A DNA stretch of 64,000 nt, taken from assembly GCA_029781825.1 (NCBI GenBank), contig JAKOVY010000031.1:4297-68296 (forward strand), read 5' to 3'. This document shows, piece by piece, positions 29,144 to 38,850 of this stretch. A program made the position numbers and the translations under genes. Origin of the DNA: Bacillota bacterium. GTDB taxonomy: Bacteria > Bacillota > Syntrophomonadia > Syntrophomonadales > DTU052. Position 1 is the stretch's first letter. Each line of letters opens with the position of its first letter. The notes beneath the pieces were generated by a model. The model had not been told where the DNA came from. It worked only from the letters and a program-made list of their open reading frames with translations, and did not search any database.

Positions 29144-29899
29144 TTGAAGATTGCTGTATGTGTAAAGCAGACATTTGACACAGAGGCTAAGATTGTTCTA
29201 AAAGACGGTAAGATTTCAGGTGACGGTATCAACCTGATCATCAACCCGTATGACGAAGTCGCCGTTGAAGAGGCACTACGCATTAAGGAAAAGCAAGGCG
29301 GAGAAGTGGTAATTATCTGTGCCGGCGGGGACAGGGCTACCGAAGCTATTCGCCAGGCTTTGGCTATGGGAGCCGACAGAGGCGTCCATATTAAAGTAAA
29401 CGATCCTGATGTTGATGAGTATGCCCGGGCGGTAATGCTTGCTGAAGTGTTGAAGGAGCAGGCACCAGATCTGATACTGTGCGGACACGTTGCGGCTGAT
29501 GACGGTTCTTCGCAGGTTCCGACCAGAACTGCGGAAATTTTGGGATTGCCCCATGCCAACGTTGTAACAAAACTCGAGTTTGCTGATGGCAAAGCAATCT
29601 GCACCCGTGAAGTAGACGGCGGAATGGAAGTAATGGAAGTGGCACTGCCGGCAGTTGTAACCTGTCAGGTAAGTTTGAATGAGCCCCGGTATCCTTCCAT
29701 GAAGGGTATCATGCAGGCGAAGAAAAAGCCTATCGCTAATGTAGATGCAGTTGCGGTTGAATCCAAAGCCAAGATAATTGAACTGGCCCTCCCGGCAGCC
29801 AAACAGGCCGGTAAGAAGATTGAGGGTGAGCCTGAAGATACAGGTAAGCAACTGGCTGCATGGCTGTTGAACGAAGTAAAGGTTGAAATTAAGCAGTGA
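29144..29899 (+). CDS. etfB: Electron transfer flavoprotein beta subunit
   Basis: Carries MKIAVCVKQ and INPYDEVAVEEALRIKE. TTG start after AAGGAGGAAAGG. Confidence 0.92.
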   Translation: MKIAVCVKQTFDTEAKIVLKDGKISGDGINLIINPYDEVAVEEALRIKEKQGGEVVIICAGGDRATEAIRQALAMGADRGVHIKVNDPDVDEYARAVMLAEVLKEQAPDLILCGHVAADDGSSQVPTRTAEILGLPHANVVTKLEFADGKAICTREVDGGMEVMEVALPAVVTCQVSLNEPRYPSMKGIMQAKKKPIANVDAVAVESKAKIIELALPAAKQAGKKIEGEPEDTGKQLAAWLLNEVKVEIKQ

Positions 29900-29959
29900 T
29901 CGCCTTAACCGTATTTAGTGAAACATTTCCCATTGATCATAAATAAAGGAGGGTAACTG

Positions 29960-30916
29960 ATGGCAAAGGGAACATGGGTTGTCGTTGACCAGAGGGATGG
30001 TAAAATCCGTAAGGTTACGTTTGAACTTCTAAGTGCAGCTCAGAATTATGGTGATGAGGTAACTGCGGTTTTGATCGGTAAAGGTGTCGAGGGATTGGCG
30101 CCGGAACTGGGCAAGTATGGTGCCGACAAGGTCCTAGTAGCCGATGACGATATTTTTGCCGTTTACAATACCGGAGCTTATGTAGCTCAGATGGCGGCCA
30201 TGATTAAGGAATACGACCCGGCGGTGGTACTGTTCGGGCATACCTCAATGGGCAGAGATCTGGCTGCAAGACTGGCACAGAAGCTGGAAGTTGGAATGGC
30301 CACCGACTGCATAGCAGCTGAGATTTCCGGTGGCAAGGGCGTTTTCACCCGGGCCATTTACGCAGGTAAAGCCCTGGCCAAAGTGCAGGTAGAAGGCACA
30401 CCGATTATGGCTACCATCCGCGCCGGGGTTATGGAAGTAGTAGAAAGCAATAAAGCCGGTGAAGTCGTCAAAGCTGCAGTAGCTGCTACGCCCGGCGATG
30501 TATACCAGAATGTCAAGGAGTTCATCCCCACCGTTTCAACGCGGCCTGAGCTGACCGAGGCTGAGGTTGTTGTTTCCGGTGGCCGTGGACTGAAAGGCCC
30601 AGAAGGGGTCAAGGTCATTGAAGAGCTGGCAGACCTCCTGGGTGCTGCGATCGGCGCTTCCCGTGCGTCTGTCGATTCCGGTTGGCTGGGCCATGAGTAT
30701 CAGGTAGGTCAAACCGGTAAGGTTGTTAACCCGAATCTCTACATTGCAGCTGGAATTTCCGGTGCTATTCAGCATTTGGCCGGTATGTCCTCCTCCAAGT
30801 ATATTGCTGCAATCAACACTGATCCGGAAGCTCCGATCTTTAGCGTAACAGACTTTGGGGTAGTAGGAGACCTCTTCAAGGTAATCCCCGTTGTTGTCGC
30901 TGAACTGAAGAAATAG
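29960..30916 (+). CDS. etfA: Electron transfer flavoprotein alpha subunit
   Basis: Carries the C-terminal FAD motif VVSGGRGL...[10 protein letters not shown]...QVGQTGKVV. Confidence 0.92.
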   Translation: MAKGTWVVVDQRDGKIRKVTFELLSAAQNYGDEVTAVLIGKGVEGLAPELGKYGADKVLVADDDIFAVYNTGAYVAQMAAMIKEYDPAVVLFGHTSMGRDLAARLAQKLEVGMATDCIAAEISGGKGVFTRAIYAGKALAKVQVEGTPIMATIRAGVMEVVESNKAGEVVKAAVAATPGDVYQNVKEFIPTVSTRPELTEAEVVVSGGRGLKGPEGVKVIEELADLLGAAIGASRASVDSGWLGHEYQVGQTGKVVNPNLYIAAGISGAIQHLAGMSSSKYIAAINTDPEAPIFSVTDFGVVGDLFKVIPVVVAELKK

Positions 30917-30986
30917 TGACAAGCAGGGTGTCGGGCGCGTATCGGCGACGCCCGATGCCCTACTTGATTTGAGGAGGAATTGTCTC

Positions 30987-33113
30987 ATGTTATTTGGCTT
31001 TATACCAATAGATGTATGGTCAGAGCCACCAATGCGGGTAGTTGGAGCCAATATCCCCTACGAATGGTTGATTTATGTTATCGCGGTCATTCCCGTTGCC
31101 GTATTGCTGTACGGGCTGTATGAGAAGGTACGGGTTTATATGGTAGCCAGGGGGAAAGTGAACAGACTGGATAATATATGGGCCAGAATCCTTTCCTGGT
31201 TCACCTATACCTTTGCCCAGGCCAAGGTTATTAAGAGTCCGCTGGCGGGGTGGATGCATTTCTTCCTCTTTTGGGGATTCCTGTTGCTGTTTTTGGCGGC
31301 CGGTATCGACGCCATGCACCATTTTATCAACTGGCCTCATCTTGAAGGCAATTTCTATATCGGCTTTTCGTTCGTTGTAGACACCATCGGTTTTCTGGGG
31401 ATGGTGGGGATACTGGTTTTGGGATTTATCCGCTATGTCCAGAAGCCTGATCGTCTGAACGATACCAAGAGCAGCGATGGCTGGATAATTGTATTGCTAT
31501 TCTCCATCCTGTTTACCGGATTTATCATCGAGGGATTGAGAATAGCCGCCCAGATCAAGATGGCCACGCAGATGCAGTATATTGCCTATGAGAGAATCGC
31601 ATCCCCGTTCGGTTGGATGTTTGCTCAGCTGTTTGTCGGAACCAGTATGGACAGCATTTTGGTATGGCACCGGATACTCTGGTGGTTCCATATGGCGCTC
31701 GCCTTTGGTACGGTTGTACTAATTCCTTTCACCAAATTGTGGCATATTGCCACCAGCATGGCCAACTACTTCTTCCGCGATTTGGGACCAAAAGGTGCCT
31801 ATATCAAGCCGATTGAAAACATCGAAGAGGCTGAATCCTTCGGGGTTGAAAATCTCGAAGATTTTACCTGGAAGGACTTTCTGGACTTTGATGCCTGCAT
31901 TCGCTGCGGACGCTGTCAGGACAACTGTCCGGCATATCTTACCGGGAAGCATCTGAATCCCAAGATCACCTTAATCCAGGCCTTGAAAAAGCATATGGAT
32001 GAAAAGGTGCCGTATCTCCTGGCCGCGGGTGGCCATAGTGCAGTCGAGGCTGAGATGGCCATGACCGAGGACGAAGAGGCCAAACCCGTTATGGAGAAGA
32101 GCCTCATCTATGATGTGATAACTACCGAGGTAATTTGGGACTGCACCAACTGCCGCGCTTGCATGGAGCACTGTCCCATGTTCATTGAACACATTCCCAA
32201 GATAACTGAAATGCGCCGCAACCTGGTAATGTGGCAGGGAGATATGCCCAGTGAAGCCCAGATGACCTTTACCAACCTGGAGAGAAACTATAATCCATGG
32301 GGTGTTGGTTGGGCAAATAGGGCGGATTGGCTGAATGAACGCGGTGTGGCTGACAAAGTGAAGATTGCTTCCGAAGACACCGAATTTGATTACCTGCTGT
32401 TCGGCGGTTGTGCGATGGCCTTTGATGACCGCTACAAGCGGGTAGGGGAAGCAGTGATTAAGCTCTTTGATCAGGCCGGAGTAACCCTGGGTTACCTGGG
32501 AACTGAAGAACAGCATTGCGGTGATACTGCAAGACGCCTGGGGAACGAATACCTGGCACAGATGCTGATTACCGCCAACATCGAAACGTTCAACAACTAT
32601 GGAGTCAAGAAGATTGTCACCACCTGTCCGCACTGCTACAATGCACTCAAGAACGAGTATCCGCAGTTTGAGGGTGGACAGTTTGAGGTCTATCACTATA
32701 CGGAGCTGATTGCCCAGTTTATCGCCGAGGGCAAGATAAAACCGCAGAAGGCTCTGGGAACCAGACTGACCTATCATGACTCCTGTATGCTGGGTCGTCA
32801 CAACGATATCTACCAGCAGCCCAGGGATATCCTGGCAGCTACCGGATCCCAACTGGTTGAGATGGAGCGCAACCGTGATAAAGGATTCTGCTGTGGAGCC
32901 GGCGGCGGCCGCATGTGGCTCGAAGAGCATGCAGCCGAAGGTTACAAACGTATCAACGAAACCCGTACGGATCAGGCCCTGGCTACCAATCCTGAGTGCA
33001 TTATCACGAACTGCCCATTCTGCCTGACCATGTTGGATGACGGTGTCAAGGGTGTTGAAGCACCGGTTAAGGTTTTGGATATTGCTGAATTATTAAGTCA
33101 ATCCATGAATTAA
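30987..33113 (+). CDS. Membrane-bound FeS oxidoreductase: N-terminal multi-TM (NarI-like) domain, 2x[4Fe-4S] ferredoxin motifs and two CCG (HdrD-like) domains; putative Etf:menaquinone oxidoreductase
   Basis: The N-terminal third is hydrophobic with conserved His residues. It carries CIRCGRCQDNCP and CTNCRACMEHCP, plus Cys-rich CCG-type motifs (TTCPHCYN, CCGAGGG, NCPFCLTML). It lies immediately downstream of etfBA. Confidence 0.8.
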   Translation: MLFGFIPIDVWSEPPMRVVGANIPYEWLIYVIAVIPVAVLLYGLYEKVRVYMVARGKVNRLDNIWARILSWFTYTFAQAKVIKSPLAGWMHFFLFWGFLLLFLAAGIDAMHHFINWPHLEGNFYIGFSFVVDTIGFLGMVGILVLGFIRYVQKPDRLNDTKSSDGWIIVLLFSILFTGFIIEGLRIAAQIKMATQMQYIAYERIASPFGWMFAQLFVGTSMDSILVWHRILWWFHMALAFGTVVLIPFTKLWHIATSMANYFFRDLGPKGAYIKPIENIEEAESFGVENLEDFTWKDFLDFDACIRCGRCQDNCPAYLTGKHLNPKITLIQALKKHMDEKVPYLLAAGGHSAVEAEMAMTEDEEAKPVMEKSLIYDVITTEVIWDCTNCRACMEHCPMFIEHIPKITEMRRNLVMWQGDMPSEAQMTFTNLERNYNPWGVGWANRADWLNERGVADKVKIASEDTEFDYLLFGGCAMAFDDRYKRVGEAVIKLFDQAGVTLGYLGTEEQHCGDTARRLGNEYLAQMLITANIETFNNYGVKKIVTTCPHCYNALKNEYPQFEGGQFEVYHYTELIAQFIAEGKIKPQKALGTRLTYHDSCMLGRHNDIYQQPRDILAATGSQLVEMERNRDKGFCCGAGGGRMWLEEHAAEGYKRINETRTDQALATNPECIITNCPFCLTMLDDGVKGVEAPVKVLDIAELLSQSMN

Positions 33114-33128
33114 TGCAGGTGTGGAAGG

Positions 33129-33161
33129 GCGCAACAGGGACCGCGACGGTCCCTGTTGCGC
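33129..33161 (+). terminator. Very strong GC-rich hairpin after the FeS oxidoreductase gene (probable terminator or transcript stabiliser)
   Basis: Perfect 15-bp inverted repeat GCGCAACAGGGACCG-cga-CGGTCCCTGTTGCGC, followed only by a weak T tract (ATATTTAGG). Confidence 0.5.
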
Positions 33162-33299
33162 ATATTTAGGGGCTCGAGGTGACTGATTAGCCAGGTTAAC
33201 GGCAGTTGGCAATCAAGGCAACTTTAAAACTTTATCGGGGAATTATGCGAAGCAATATATGGACCTGCCTGGCCATCTGACAAGCAAGGGGGATTTGCG

Positions 33300-34445
33300 A
33301 TGGATTTTCGGTTAACGGAAGAGCAGGAGATGTTTCGTAAAGTGGTCCGTGACTTCGCAGAGAAAGAGGTAGGCCCCAGCGCAGCCGAACGGGATGAAGA
33401 AGAGCGTTTTGATATGGACATCTTTTTCAAGATGGGAGAGCTGGGCCTCTGCGGTATTCCCTGGGAAGAAGAGTACGGTGGTGCGGGATCCGATTTTGTC
33501 AGTTATGTAATTGCGGTTGAAGAATTATCCCGGGTATGCGCATCCACTGGGGTAACCCTGTCTGCACACATTTCACTATGCTCCTGGCCGATTTGGAAAT
33601 TCGGCACTGAGGAACAGAAACAGAAGTACCTGATTCCCCTGGCTGAAGGAACCAAATTGGGAGCTTTTGCGATCACCGAACCCTCGGCCGGAAGTGACGC
33701 CGGCGCGACCAAAACCACAGCGGTTCTGGACGGTGATCATTACGTCCTCAATGGAACCAAGGTATTCATAACCAATGCTTATTATGCGGACATCTATGTC
33801 GTCATTGCCCGCACCGGACCCAAGGAACTGAAACACCGGGGCATAAGTGCTTTCATAGTAGAAAAGGGCACGCCTGGTTTCAGTTTCGGAAAGAAAGAGA
33901 AAAAACTCGGGATCCGTTCATCAGCCACCTACGAGCTGATATTTGAGGATTGCCGCATCCCCAAAGAGAACCTGCTGGGTCAGGAAGGCGATGGCTTTAA
34001 GATCGGAATGATGATCCTGGATGGGGGACGAAACGGTATTGCTGCTCAGGCAGTTGGGATTGCCCAGGGGGCCTTTGATTTTGCACTTCAGTATTCCAAG
34101 GAACGGATTCAATTCGGTAAGCCTATCAGCGAACAGCAGGCCATTCGTTTCAAACTGGCCGATATGGCTACCCGGATTGAGGCGGCCCGTCTGCTGACCT
34201 ATCAGGCGGCCTGGCTGGAGTCGAACCAGCTTCCCTATGGGAAAGCCAGTGCCATGGCCAAGCTCTACGCCGGGGATACGGCCATGTATGTAACCACAGA
34301 AGCAGTGCAGATCCTGGGCGGTTACGGCTACAGCCGCGAGTATCCGGTGGAGCGCATGATGAGGGATGCCAAGATAACTCAAATATACGAAGGGACCAAT
34401 GAGATACAGCGGGTTGTTATATCCAACATGCTGCTGAGAGATTAG
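33300..34445 (+). CDS. Acyl-CoA dehydrogenase (butyryl-CoA dehydrogenase type)
   Basis: 381 aa with classic ACAD motifs ([15 protein letters not shown] and [35 protein letters not shown]). Confidence 0.92.
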   Translation: MDFRLTEEQEMFRKVVRDFAEKEVGPSAAERDEEERFDMDIFFKMGELGLCGIPWEEEYGGAGSDFVSYVIAVEELSRVCASTGVTLSAHISLCSWPIWKFGTEEQKQKYLIPLAEGTKLGAFAITEPSAGSDAGATKTTAVLDGDHYVLNGTKVFITNAYYADIYVVIARTGPKELKHRGISAFIVEKGTPGFSFGKKEKKLGIRSSATYELIFEDCRIPKENLLGQEGDGFKIGMMILDGGRNGIAAQAVGIAQGAFDFALQYSKERIQFGKPISEQQAIRFKLADMATRIEAARLLTYQAAWLESNQLPYGKASAMAKLYAGDTAMYVTTEAVQILGGYGYSREYPVERMMRDAKITQIYEGTNEIQRVVISNMLLRD

Positions 34446-34494
34446 TTAAAGAAAAAAACATTGATCCTATAAATTTTACGGAGAGGTGAATGGT

Positions 34495-35673
34495 TTGAAT
34501 AAAGCGGTAATTGTCAGCGCCTGCCGGACACCGGTAGGAAGCTTCGGAGGGTCACTAAAGGATGTGTCGGCTCGCGAACTGGGCGCCATAGTTATTGCTG
34601 AGGCCATAAAGCGTGCAGGCATTAAACCAGAGATGATAGATGAAGTGATCTTCGGGTGTGTACTCCAGGGTGGTTTGGGACAGAATATTTCGCGTCAGTG
34701 CGCTTTGGATGCCGGCATACCGGTAGAGGTACCTACTTTCACCGTGAACAAGGTTTGCGGTTCCGGGTTGAAGACAGTCGAGCTGGCCGCTCAGGCCATA
34801 AGAGCCGGAGATGCGGATATCGTAGTGGCAGGCGGAACGGAGAGCATGTCGGGTGCCCTGTTCGCCGTGGATAAAGCTCGCTGGGGATATCGCATGGGCG
34901 AGGGCGCGATCATTGATTTGATGATAAGAGACGGGCTGTGGGACGCCTTTAACAACTGCCACATGGGAATTACGGCTGAGAACATAAATGAGCAGTGGGG
35001 CAACACCCGCGAAGAACAGGATGAACTGGCACTCCGCAGCCAGCAGCGGGCCGCAGCCGCGATACGAGAAGGACGGTTCAAGGATGAGATCGTTCCGGTA
35101 GTTGTTAAAACCAGAAAAGGTGAAACCGTCTTTGATACCGATGAGTTTGTCCGGCCGGATACTACCATGGAAGGTCTGGCCAAGCTCAAAGGGGCCTTCA
35201 AAAAAGACGGCAGCGTAACCGCAGGCAATGCCTCCGGGATTAACGACGGTGCGGCTGCAGTGGTGGTAATGTCCGAGAAGAAGGCGGCCGAACTGGGAAT
35301 CAAGCCGATGGCCACTATTGTCAGTTATGCTTCAGCCGGGGTTGATCCCAAGATCATGGGTATAGGACCGTGGCCGGCCACACTGAAAGCCTTGGAGAAA
35401 GCAGGTATGACCCTTGACGAAATAGACCTGATCGAGGCCAACGAAGCCTTTGCCGCCCAGTCGGTGGCGGTTGCCAAGGAACTCAAGTGGGACATCAACA
35501 AGGTTAATGTTAACGGGGGCGCAATCGCTCTGGGACATCCCATAGGAGCTTCAGGAACCAGGATTCTGGTGACCCTGCTGTACGAAATGCAGAGACGGGA
35601 TGCCAAAAAAGGACTGGCGACGCTTTGTATCGGCGGCGGAATGGGAACGGCTCTGATTGTAGAACGGCCCTGA
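34495..35673 (+). CDS. Acetyl-CoA C-acetyltransferase (thiolase II)
   Basis: Carries [15 protein letters not shown], the active-site NKVCGSGLK, and the C-terminal [15 protein letters not shown] and [10 protein letters not shown] 34495 lies 8 nt after GGAGAGG; GTG 34486 overlaps the RBS. Confidence 0.92.
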   Translation: MNKAVIVSACRTPVGSFGGSLKDVSARELGAIVIAEAIKRAGIKPEMIDEVIFGCVLQGGLGQNISRQCALDAGIPVEVPTFTVNKVCGSGLKTVELAAQAIRAGDADIVVAGGTESMSGALFAVDKARWGYRMGEGAIIDLMIRDGLWDAFNNCHMGITAENINEQWGNTREEQDELALRSQQRAAAAIREGRFKDEIVPVVVKTRKGETVFDTDEFVRPDTTMEGLAKLKGAFKKDGSVTAGNASGINDGAAAVVVMSEKKAAELGIKPMATIVSYASAGVDPKIMGIGPWPATLKALEKAGMTLDEIDLIEANEAFAAQSVAVAKELKWDINKVNVNGGAIALGHPIGASGTRILVTLLYEMQRRDAKKGLATLCIGGGMGTALIVERP

Positions 35674-35697
35674 TGTACGAAAAAGTATATAATCCCC

Positions 35698-35730
35698 AAA
35701 AGGGTCCTTTTAACGAAGGGCCCTTTTTTT
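35698..35730 (+). terminator. Rho-independent terminator after the thiolase gene
   Basis: AAAAGGGTCC-ttttaacgaa-GGGCCCTTTT followed by TTT. Confidence 0.75.
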
Positions 35731-35881
35731 GATGACTGCCTGTCAAGCATGGTTTATACTTTATGAAGAGGTCGGTGCCGGAATGAGTTTTTGCACCGGG
35801 AATCGGCGTTGGGTTAAAATAACACCATGGAAAGAGTAAGAAAAAACGCGGTATTTTACGTGACAGAGTAGGGAGGCAAGC

Positions 35882-36376
35882 ATGGAGAAAGTTGCTGTAT
35901 ATCCTGGCAGTTTTGATCCTGTAACCAACGGGCATTTGGATGTGCTGGAAAGAGCCAGCAGAATCTTTGATCGGGTTATTGTGGCAGTAGTGCACAATGT
36001 CTATAAGAACCCTCTGTTTTCGACCGAGGAGAGGGTTGAGATGCTGCGTGAAGTAACCAAACATCTGCCCAATCTGGAAGTAGACTCCTTTACCGGTCTG
36101 CTGGTTAACTACGTGCGCAAACGGCAGGCTAATGCCATTGTAAGAGGCCTGCGGACGGTATCGGATTTTGAATATGAACTGCAGTTGGCCATGACCAACA
36201 GCCATTTATACCCGGAAGTTGATACCATCTTTATCGCCTGCAACAGCAAGTACTACTTTGTTAGTTCGACCGCAGTAAAAGAAGCCGCCCTGTTAGGCGG
36301 CTCCGTTTGTGGCCTTGTACCTCCCTTTGTGGAGGAAAAGCTTAAGGAAAAACTGCATAAGTTCAGAAAGGGTTAG
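35882..36376 (+). CDS. coaD: Phosphopantetheine adenylyltransferase
   Basis: Carries VAVYPGSFDPVTNGHLDVLERA. Confidence 0.93.
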   Translation: MEKVAVYPGSFDPVTNGHLDVLERASRIFDRVIVAVVHNVYKNPLFSTEERVEMLREVTKHLPNLEVDSFTGLLVNYVRKRQANAIVRGLRTVSDFEYELQLAMTNSHLYPEVDTIFIACNSKYYFVSSTAVKEAALLGGSVCGLVPPFVEEKLKEKLHKFRKG

Positions 36377-36390
36377 ATTAGTACCCGCTG

Positions 36391-37272
36391 TTACTCAAGA
36401 ATATAGACTTTAACATTTTTGATCCCGAAATTCAGCGCTGATTGGTGATCCGGGAAACATAGATCGATGCGATTGCCCTTTATCGCGCCCCCGGTATCGG
36501 CGGCAATGGCTTCGCCATACCCTTCAATGTAAAGCCTGGTTCTTAAGGGGATAACATTGGGGTCGACCGCTACAATACCGTGGCCAAGAGGGAGTCCGAT
36601 ATACGACGGCTGTCCCCCGTAAGGATAGTTGCACTTGTTGCAGGGACAATACGCAGTGGCCACCATGTTTAGAACCTTGGTGTACTTTGGTACGGAATTG
36701 CCGCGGGAAGGCGTCCCCGACTCCGCAGGCGGTTTAGGTATGGGTTTGCTTAGAGCCTCCCAGGTTTGGGGACCCACAATGCCGTCGACTTTAATGTTGC
36801 AGGCTTTTTGGAGGGCAACAACTGCTGCGTGGGTTTTGGGACCAAAAATGCCGTCTACCGGTCCACAATCAAATCCTGCGGCTTTGAGCTTATTCTGCAG
36901 TTCGGCTACCTTGTCCCCCCTGCAGCCCTGGTACAGGATTGGAAGCGGCGAAGATGACTTTGTCAGGAGGTTGGCGATTGCATTCCTGGTCTGAGGTCCG
37001 ACTATACCGTCAGCCGCGAGACCGCAGGATTTCTGCAATGCCACCACGGCTGCGTATGTTTTGGGACCGAAGATTCCGTCAACCTTTCCACAATTGAAGT
37101 CAAGAGAATTTAGCTGTGTTTGCAGTGCTGCAACATCTTCACCCTGGCAGCCCCAATACAGGTTGCGCGGTTCCGAAGCGGCTTGGGCACCGATACCCAT
37201 GGCCAGTACAAATACCACAGCTATGATGATTCCCAAGATCCTAAGAATTGGTTTTGATAACAGAAATCCCAA
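36391..37272 (-). CDS. Secreted cell-wall protein with two peptidoglycan-binding (PG_binding_1) repeats and a C-terminal 3D domain
   Basis: Has a signal-peptide-like N-terminus. The tandem repeats are DGIFGPKTYAAVVALQKSCGLAADGIVGPQT and DGIFGPKTHAAVVALQKACNIKVDGIVGPQT. The C-terminus (VAVDPNVIPLRTRLYIEGYGEAIAADTGGAIKGNRIDL) is typical of 3D/RlpA-like domains. The start is uncertain because TTG 37272 abuts the SD. Confidence 0.8.
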   Translation of the reverse strand: MGFLLSKPILRILGIIIAVVFVLAMGIGAQAASEPRNLYWGCQGEDVAALQTQLNSLDFNCGKVDGIFGPKTYAAVVALQKSCGLAADGIVGPQTRNAIANLLTKSSSPLPILYQGCRGDKVAELQNKLKAAGFDCGPVDGIFGPKTHAAVVALQKACNIKVDGIVGPQTWEALSKPIPKPPAESGTPSRGNSVPKYTKVLNMVATAYCPCNKCNYPYGGQPSYIGLPLGHGIVAVDPNVIPLRTRLYIEGYGEAIAADTGGAIKGNRIDLCFPDHQSALNFGIKNVKVYILE

Positions 37273-37523
37273 CTCCTTTCATGATTGCGATAAGGCCACA
37301 TCGGTCGGCAGCTGGATATGCTGCCGGCCATTTTTATTGTATTAACTAAAGGCGATAGGCGACAAATCTGGGATTTGGTTACATTTGCTCGACACAACAG
37401 GACCTGTCCCCTCAGCGCAGTTCCCGAGCCATATGTACAAAAGTCCTATACAATAATACTGATTATTGTTAAATGGGATATTGAGGTATTGAACTCCGGA
37501 GTTGGACCTTACCGTGGAATCGA

Positions 37524-37552
37524 TTGTAACCCGGCATTTGCCTGATTATAAT
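37524..37552 (+). promoter_or_regulatory. Sigma-A type promoter for hslO (TTGTAA-17 nt-TATAAT)
   Basis: -35 at 37524-37529 and consensus -10 at 37547-37552. Confidence 0.5.
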
Positions 37553-37653
37553 ACAAGAGAGCAAAACCGACTGCAGCCCGAGAGTTTGCGAATGCCGACG
37601 GATGGTCATAATTCGCTTAAGGGTTTGCTGAACGGCCGGAAAGGTGGAATGAG

Positions 37654-38538
37654 ATGGATTCAGGGGACATCATGCTGAGGGTTATGGATCGGGACCGGAT
37701 GATAAGAGTCTCCATAGCCAGGACTACGGCTCTGGTTGAGGAGGCCCGCGCACGACAGGGTACGTCTCCGACGGCAACCGCAGCCCTGGGACGAGCCTTA
37801 ACCGCGGCGGTTATGATGGGCTTGGATTTGAAAGACGATGAGTCCATAACCCTGCGGATTAACGGCGGGGGCCCGCTGGGAACCGTACTGGCAGTTGCGG
37901 AGAGCGATGGCACGGTAAGAGGATACGTCGGCAATCCCGCTGTTGATCTGCCGGAAAAATATCGAGGAAAGCTGGATGTCGGCGGTGCAGTAGGTACTGA
38001 CGGGTTTCTTGAGGTCATTAGGGACATGAGGCTAAGAAGCCCGTTCATCGGCCGTGTGCCCTTGCAATCGGGAGAGATTGCGGAGGACCTGGCCTATTAC
38101 TTTACCCTGTCCGAACAGATCCCTTCCCTGGTTTCACTAGGGGTTTTGATCGAGCCCGCAGGTAACGTCGGCGGAGCCGGCGGCCTTTTTGTGCAGGCCA
38201 TGCCCGGTGCCGATGATGAATTGCTGAGAGCTGTGGAAGAGAGGGTACTGGAAGCAGGGCCTATCAGCAACCTGGTGCAGGGGGATCTGGTTGAACTGGT
38301 GGAGAGAATTATGGGGGACACCCCCTTTGATATCCTGGACAGGAAAGAAGTATATTTCCGTTGCCGTTGCAGCTTGAACAAGGTAGAATCTATCGTAACG
38401 GCTCTCAGCGATGAAGATATTCAAAAAGCCCTGGAATCCCAGGGCCGTCTCGAAATCCACTGCAACTTCTGTGGTGAAGTATACACTTTTAGCGAAGATG
38501 AAACCCGGTTGCTGCGGGAAGGGGCTGATCAAGAATAA
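37654..38538 (+). CDS. hslO: Redox-regulated chaperone Hsp33
   Basis: Carries ALVEEARARQGTSPTATAALGRALTA and the C-terminal zinc centre CRCS...CNFCGEVY. Confidence 0.92.
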   Translation: MDSGDIMLRVMDRDRMIRVSIARTTALVEEARARQGTSPTATAALGRALTAAVMMGLDLKDDESITLRINGGGPLGTVLAVAESDGTVRGYVGNPAVDLPEKYRGKLDVGGAVGTDGFLEVIRDMRLRSPFIGRVPLQSGEIAEDLAYYFTLSEQIPSLVSLGVLIEPAGNVGGAGGLFVQAMPGADDELLRAVEERVLEAGPISNLVQGDLVELVERIMGDTPFDILDRKEVYFRCRCSLNKVESIVTALSDEDIQKALESQGRLEIHCNFCGEVYTFSEDETRLLREGADQE

Positions 38539-38541
38539 GTA

Positions 38542-38730
38542 TTAAAGTGCTCTTTGCACCTTGTTGGAGCGCAGGCAACGGGTGCAGACGTTTATCCTTT
38601 TGGGGGCGCCGTTAATAACCACTTTGACGCTCTGGGTGTTCGGCTTCCACTGGCGATTGGTTCTTATATGCGAATGGCTGTACTTCTTGCCGAAGCTAAT
38701 GCCTTTTCCGCAAACATCGCATTTGGCCAT
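38542..38730 (-). CDS. rpmB: 50S ribosomal protein L28 (Zn-ribbon C+ form)
   Basis: 62 aa: MAKCDVCGKGISFGKKYSHSHIRTNRQWKPN...CTRCLRS. The true start is 21 codons inside the track ORF. Confidence 0.93.
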   Translation of the reverse strand: MAKCDVCGKGISFGKKYSHSHIRTNRQWKPNTQSVKVVINGAPKRINVCTRCLRSNKVQRAL

Positions 38731-38850
38731 GTTTATCCTCCTTTCAATTATCACGATTACCATTCTACCAAACCCGGCAGGGAACAGCAACAAGCAGGAA
38801 TAAAAAAAATGAGCGTTGAACTATACTGAATCAGACAGGAGGGGATTTGG

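Noticed and set aside
37273-37560. A c-di-AMP (ydaO/yuaA) riboswitch upstream of the 3D-domain cell-wall gene, a common association.
   Set aside because: The minus-strand leader lacks the conserved ydaO core segments (no ACGGGGUGAAUC or CAGCUAACCUCGUA-like blocks), and no terminator or sequestering helix follows on that strand.
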